Positions 59,476-64,000 of a DNA stretch of 64,000 nucleotides are shown here, in pieces. Under the pieces are notes generated by a model. That model did not search any database, was not told where the DNA came from, and worked only from the letters and a program-made list of their open reading frames with translations. The position numbers and the translations under genes were made by a program. Position 1 is the first letter of the stretch; every line of letters begins with the position of its first letter. This DNA comes from Planctomycetota bacterium. GTDB lineage: Bacteria > Planctomycetota > Phycisphaerae > WQYP01. The DNA lies in assembly GCA_021831565.1 (NCBI GenBank), contig JAKBMM010000008.1:11964-75963 (forward strand). Reading direction: 5' to 3'.

Positions 59476-60604
59476 ATGGTACGGGAAAATATGGATGTCT
59501 CCCTGGCTTCCCTGGAGGCGCGGGTCGCAAAAATCCGCGACTCTCTTTGACGTGGAACGCAAAGAGCGGCGCGCCGGTGAGCTGGAACAGCTGATGGGTG
59601 CCGCCGATTTCTGGAATAACCGGCAACAGGCGCAAAAAACCATCCGGGAACTTCAAACTCTCCAGGCGGTTCTTAATCCCTTTCGGGCGGTGGAAAAGGC
59701 CGTGGAGGAAATCCGTCTCATGATCGAGCTGGGACGCCAAGGCCCCGACGAATCGCTCTTGGAAGAGGCTGACCGGGAACTCGCGCGGCAGACCGCGGCT
59801 CTGGAAGCGGTGGAACTCCAGGCGCTGTTCACCGGCCCACATGACGCCGCCGATTGCTACGTTCAAATTCACGCCGGCGCCGGGGGAACCGAAGCCTGCG
59901 ACTGGGCTGCAATGATATTACGCATGTATCTGCGATATTTTGAACGCCGCGGCTGGGATGTCAGCGAAGTCGACCGGCTGGACGGCGAACAAGCCGGTGT
60001 CCGCGGAGTCACGCTGCTGGTCAAAGGTCCTTACGCCACCGGTACGCTCAACTGCGAAGTGGGCGTGCATCGACTGGTGCGCGTCAGCCCGTTCGACGCC
60101 AACGCCCGCCGCCACACCAGTTTCGCCAGCGTGGACGTCACCCCCGTGTTTGAAGACGTTGATAAAGATATGCCGATACCGGAGAACGACTTGGACATCG
60201 TCGCCTTTGTTCGCGCCAGCGGTCCCGGTGGGCAGAACGTCAACAAAGTGGCTTCCGCCGTGCGCATCACGCACAAACCCACCGGTATCCAGGTGGTCTG
60301 CACCAGCGAGCGCTCGCAGATTCAGAACCGGGCGCTGGCCCTGGACTTGATCAAGGCCCGCCTGCGTAAACTGGAAGAAGCCCGGCGCGACGCCGAGCTG
60401 GCCCGGCTCTATGGTGAAAAGGGGGAAATCGCCTTTGGTTCGCAGATTCGCAGCTATGTTCTCGATGATCGCCGGGTGAAAGATCACCGCAATGGCTATG
60501 AGGTGTTTCAACCCGATCGCGTGCTGGATGGCGACATTCAGGGATTTATCGACGCCCAGCTTCGCCATCAGGTCGCGCAGCGCCAAGGGCGGCCGCGGAA
60601 TTAG
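59476..60604 (+). CDS. prfB: Peptide chain release factor 2, with programmed +1 ribosomal frameshift (join 59476..59547, 59549..60604)
   Basis: RBS AAGGAG. The zero frame encodes MVRENMDVSLASLEARVAKIRDSL and then the canonical CTT TGA C shift site at 59545-59551. The +1 frame continues DVERKERRAGELEQL... with SPF and GGQ motifs. Confidence 0.85.
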
Positions 60605-60650
60605 CTCTCCAGCGCAAGGCAACTTCCAGCGCGATTCGGCAACCCCGGAA

Positions 60651-61406
60651 TTAGCGGTTTTCATGCCGTCTTGGACGTTCCCCGCGCCTCCATGGCGACA
60701 ATTTTCGACGATCTTGCGCTGCCGTGTTAGTTTCAATATCCCGCCGCGGGGTCCGGCAATGATAAACGCCGCCGGGGGGCACGTTCATGGGCACGAGCTG
60801 AAAAGATACTTCGTGGAAAAACCGGCGATAGTAACCAAGATAATACCACGGGATTTCCGTGATATTGCTAAAGGTTCCCTGGGGATGGAGATATTGGACA
60901 ATCGCCTTGAACATGTCTGTTCGCGTCGCGTCCGGCAACGACGGCGTGGCCAGACCGCTGATAAAATAATCCACATGGCGCCGTACCAGGCCTTGCGTGC
61001 GGAGAATATCGCCCAGATTGCTCACGTCGCCATGCACAATGGTAACGCCGGGACTGGCGGAAAAGCGCGACCGCAGGATGTGAACAAAGTCACGATCCCG
61101 CTCGATGGAGATCAGCCGGCTACGGGATGGCAGGCGGCGGCTGATTTGCTCCGTGATCGGACCGGTTCCGGCGCCCAGCTCCACAATGACTTGGGCGCAA
61201 TCCCATTGCACCTGCCGCAGGCTCGCCATCGCCATGGCGCGGCTTGAAGGCCAGATGGAAGCGATTCGCCGGCCTTGCCGGAAGAACTTGCTCAGGAAAA
61301 GCAGATGGTCACGGATGCGGGCTGGCTTTCCACCCATCGCGGAGAACTCTTCGTCGCGGACGGGAGAATCCTGTTCAACTTCAACAGCAGGACCGGATGT
61401 CGTCAT
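60651..61406 (-). CDS. Class I SAM-dependent methyltransferase
   Basis: Motif I VIVELGAGTGPIT and a post-I acidic residue (LISIERD). Specific substrate unknown. Confidence 0.6.
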   Translation of the reverse strand: MTTSGPAVEVEQDSPVRDEEFSAMGGKPARIRDHLLFLSKFFRQGRRIASIWPSSRAMAMASLRQVQWDCAQVIVELGAGTGPITEQISRRLPSRSRLISIERDRDFVHILRSRFSASPGVTIVHGDVSNLGDILRTQGLVRRHVDYFISGLATPSLPDATRTDMFKAIVQYLHPQGTFSNITEIPWYYLGYYRRFFHEVSFQLVPMNVPPGGVYHCRTPRRDIETNTAAQDRRKLSPWRRGERPRRHENR

Positions 61407-61514
61407 AATAAAACCGCCGTTATTTTATATTTTTTCTGGATAACAAACCTTCGCCGCGGCGAATTTTTCGACACGCCTGGGTGAGTATGTTCCCGGAAGC
61501 AGGTTGGATTTCTT

Positions 61515-62456
61515 CTAACCGCCGCCCCCCGGAACCGGAACTGTTTGTGGGAGCCGTGCGGGGGTAAGAGCGGTCGGATTTGCGGGGGCGACCTGCTCGG
61601 AGGCCGGCACGTAGGGATTGTAGCGAAGCTTGACCGGCAATATATAAATATCGACGCGCCTGTTAAGTTGGTTACCGTGATGGTGGGGAGCGTTCGGCGC
61701 GATGGGATGCGTTTTACCCCACCCGGCCACCTGCATCCGCCGGTCGACCACGCCATCCTTCCGCAGTACATACATAACCGCGATGGCCCGGTTCGTCGAC
61801 AGGTACCAGTTCGTCGGATTCATGACCGTGGACGGGCTGCGGCGGATGGGCACGTCGTCGGTGTTGCCGACGATGCGAATCTCGTTGTCGGATATGGCAT
61901 TCATGTTGAGAATGGACGCGAACCGCCGCAACGCCGCACGGGCGGCCGGGCGCACCTTGGCGCTCCCCAGCGCAAAGAGCAGGTCGCTCTTGAAACGCAA
62001 CAGGCCAAGTTTCTTGTTGAACTGGAGCATGCTGGGGTATTGCTCGGCCAGGCGCTCCAGGGCGTGGTTGACTGCGCGGGGCAAATGAGGAGCGCCGCCG
62101 GCCAGAGCCATCAGCCTGTTGTACTGCGCCTGGAGTTTTGCCAGCCGCGCCTGCAGCGCATTGCGTTCTTGAAGCAATGCCGCCGAGCCTCCTCCCTGGG
62201 CGTGCAGAAGGGCGTCCTTTTCGGCGATCTGTTGCTTAAGCCCCGCAATTTGCCGCCTTAAGCGAGTCAGATCGTTTTGCGCCGCGGCGAGCTGGGCCTT
62301 GGCCTGGTCGAACGCGGTCTGCAACCGCTGATAGTGATTTTCGGATACACAGCCGCCGACGCCGATGAGGCCCGCCGCCAGGCCGGCCAACGCCAGGGTT
62401 CGCGAAATACGCGGGAACAACATACGAGCCATTGCAATGTCTCCAATATACTTCAT
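61515..62456 (-). CDS. OmpA/MotB-family lipoprotein with an N-terminal coiled coil
   Basis: Lipobox LIGVGGC, a coiled-coil segment, and a C-terminal OmpA-like peptidoglycan-binding domain (NTDDVPI...NRRVDIYI). The ORF extends to 62627. Confidence 0.7.
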   Translation of the reverse strand: MKYIGDIAMARMLFPRISRTLALAGLAAGLIGVGGCVSENHYQRLQTAFDQAKAQLAAAQNDLTRLRRQIAGLKQQIAEKDALLHAQGGGSAALLQERNALQARLAKLQAQYNRLMALAGGAPHLPRAVNHALERLAEQYPSMLQFNKKLGLLRFKSDLLFALGSAKVRPAARAALRRFASILNMNAISDNEIRIVGNTDDVPIRRSPSTVMNPTNWYLSTNRAIAVMYVLRKDGVVDRRMQVAGWGKTHPIAPNAPHHHGNQLNRRVDIYILPVKLRYNPYVPASEQVAPANPTALTPARLPQTVPVPGGGG

Positions 62457-62817
62457 ATCGCCACGTGGCTTCCCTGAGCAGTTTGAACGAAAGGAGCCGA
62501 TAAGTAAAGGCTGCCCGCCGCTTCCTTGTGCATTCCCTGTCCTCTTGTAGCCATTCACGCCCCGGATGTATTTCGCGTACATCCCGGCGGGCACGGGTTT
62601 TCCCGGTGTGCCGGGACCGCCAATCACCGCGCCGCCCCAGCTACGCAGCCGCGTGGATCACAATCCCGCGGCCGTTTTTCGCGCCGCCGTGAACGGTTAC
62701 GTCCTCTTTAATTTCCCCCCGCATCATACAACGACGCATCCGCCGATATATTGCGGCTCGGACGCGGCTTCCCCGCGCGGCGGCAAAGGCCCTTCTACTT
62801 CGCCCGCTTCCGAAGGG

Positions 62818-63855
62818 CTATCGCGAACCAGCCTTGCCGGCGAAAAATCCGACGAACGCGATCATAGCCGAAAGCGCCGCCAGCAGCCCAACGAACAACC
62901 ACAGATTCGTCGCCAGCGACGGAACCCACTTCGGGGTGAAGCCTTCAATGGCTGTCAGGGCGACTAGCAGGGTCAGTCCCATGATCAGAATGGCCGCCAG
63001 TGCAGCGCCGCCGAAAAGACCGGCCATTGGGTCCGGCATCTCGACAATCGGCGATATTCCCGCCGCCGCGACCTGGGCGACGGGGGCGGCTTCCATAGCC
63101 ACGGAAGCTACCGCCGGTTCGGTCGCCGGTAAAGTGGTCTGATCAAAAATTCCCGATGCGCCCGCTCCCATGCCGATCCGCGAACTTCCGCTCTGGTCCC
63201 CGGGATATATTTCTTCCAGCAGTTCAGCGCCGAGGCTGGTGTTGTCGCTTTCCCGAGTCAAGTCCAGGAGACCCGAACCGCTGCTCATGGCGGTGTCCGG
63301 TCCCGAGGGCAAAACGGCTTCGTCCAGAGGTTGCGATATCTGTGTTTGCGCGCTGGTGTCCGTGGCCCTAAGCTCGTATTCCTCAAATACGCGCATACCT
63401 GACGCCGAGGCCTTACTACCGGTTCCCGATCCGCCGGCCGCTGCGCTGCCGATCGCGGAACCGCCGGTCGCGCTGCCGCCCGGCACGGCGGTTCCCAAAG
63501 AACCGCTCCCCGCCGACAGCGCTGTTTTGGTATCACCGGAGCTATCGCCGGGCGCGGGCTTGCCGGCCGGTGGAGAAGGTATGTCGCTTGCGGTCATAGG
63601 CGCCAATTCAATCGGCCCTTCGCCGCCCCCGCCGTCCCCGCCGTCCCCGCCGTCCCCGCCGTCCCCGCCGTCCCCGCCGCCTCCGCCACCTCCGCTCTGG
63701 CTGGCCAATTGATCGACCTGATCCATTTTGAACACGATGCGATTGCCATCGCGGAACTCCCGCAGTTTGTTGCCATCAACAAGCTCCTTGAGCTTGTTTA
63801 CGGGTACATTAAGCTTCGCCGCGGTTTCCTCCGCACTGTAGAATATCTTTCCCAT
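62818..63855 (-). CDS. Membrane-anchored protein: N-terminal HTH_17/excisionase-like domain, (GGD)n repeat, long Gly/Ser/Ala-rich disordered linker, two C-terminal TM helices
   Basis: MGKIFYSAEETAAKLNVPVNKLKELVDGNKLREFRDGNRIVFKMDQV (HTH-like), then GGGGGGGDGGDGGDGGDGGDGGGGEG, about 200 aa of low complexity, and a C-terminal hydrophobic pair of helices. Strong RBS AAAGGAG. Confidence 0.5.
   Translation of the reverse strand: MGKIFYSAEETAAKLNVPVNKLKELVDGNKLREFRDGNRIVFKMDQVDQLASQSGGGGGGGDGGDGGDGGDGGDGGGGEGPIELAPMTASDIPSPPAGKPAPGDSSGDTKTALSAGSGSLGTAVPGGSATGGSAIGSAAAGGSGTGSKASASGMRVFEEYELRATDTSAQTQISQPLDEAVLPSGPDTAMSSGSGLLDLTRESDNTSLGAELLEEIYPGDQSGSSRIGMGAGASGIFDQTTLPATEPAVASVAMEAAPVAQVAAAGISPIVEMPDPMAGLFGGAALAAILIMGLTLLVALTAIEGFTPKWVPSLATNLWLFVGLLAALSAMIAFVGFFAGKAGSR
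63621..63692. repeat. Tandem 9-bp repeat (CGCCGTCCC, 8 units, 5 perfect) encoding the (GGD)n tract
   Basis: Seen directly: cgccgcccc cgccgtccc x5 cgccgcctc cgccacctc. Confidence 0.85.
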
Positions 63856-64000
63856 AACAAACTCCTTTCTTGTTCGTTCCGCGTGCTGCCATCCGCGGGG
63901 CAATAGCACCTGCCCCGCAAATGTATGCCGGGCGGCGTCTTGATGGCAAGGCGCCGGTAGGCGTTCACCCCTGATTATTTTATCATCAGTCCGACGGCAT

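Noticed and set aside
1-64000. CRISPR arrays, integrases/transposases, toxin-antitoxin pairs, restriction-modification or other defence-system signatures
   Set aside because: Searched by eye for regularly spaced direct repeats and for recombinase, nuclease, helicase or unknown-ATPase genes. None was found. All large ORFs are accounted for by housekeeping or envelope functions.

Overview
This 64-kb window (about 63% GC) reads as a contiguous chromosomal region densely packed with housekeeping genes. Almost every large reading frame is recognisable. From start to end the content is as follows.

- Efflux: the tail of a MacB/FtsX-type ABC permease and a TolC-like outer-membrane factor.
- Central metabolism and stress: pyruvate carboxylase, thiol peroxidase, argC, and an M24 aminopeptidase-accB-accC operon.
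- Sugar uptake: a sugar-type ABC transporter (solute-binding protein plus two permeases, no ATPase) followed by a secreted parallel beta-helix protein.
- Small genes and cell-wall enzymes: coaD, a PilZ-domain gene in an AT-rich patch, galE, PBP4/DacB, and an amidohydrolase.
- Lipid and nucleotide metabolism: an MFS-acyltransferase fusion, carB, tpiA-secG, yicC-gmk, and a JAMM/MPN protein.
- Signalling and transport: an SDR oxidoreductase, a PAS-GGDEF-EAL protein, a nucleoside/sugar-type ABC transporter (ATPase plus two permeases), RNase HI, and a COG1579 zinc-ribbon protein.
- Envelope and translation: a large secreted glycoside-hydrolase-like protein, serS, a LysM protein, a 1058-aa LptD-like outer-membrane protein, deoC, a TPR/SPOR lipoprotein, and the rpsP-trmD-rplS operon.
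- Cell-wall synthesis and the remainder: a truncated dcw fragment (ftsL-like, ftsI, murE, murF, mraY), prfB with its programmed +1 frameshift, a SAM methyltransferase, an OmpA-like lipoprotein, and an unusual HTH-(GGD)n-disordered-transmembrane protein.

Several traits are consistent with a Planctomycetota-like genome, although this is inference only: high GC, a dispersed dcw cluster, ribosomal proteins with low-complexity tails, and many overlapping start and stop codons.

I do not see a convincing multi-gene novel system such as a defence island, CRISPR array, toxin-antitoxin pair or mobile element. The most interesting unexplained signals are non-coding or single-gene:
- a roughly 43-nt direct repeat bracketing the aminopeptidase-accB-accC block;
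- a family of ATCCCGA...TCGGGAT palindromes placed at operon boundaries (coaD, rpsP-trmD-rplS);
- an AT-rich perfect 15-bp hairpin downstream of the JAMM gene;
- a small protein with an extremely acidic D/E tail;
- a membrane-tethered HTH protein carrying a 9-bp tandem repeat.

The many long antisense ORFs in the six-frame track are GC-driven artefacts.
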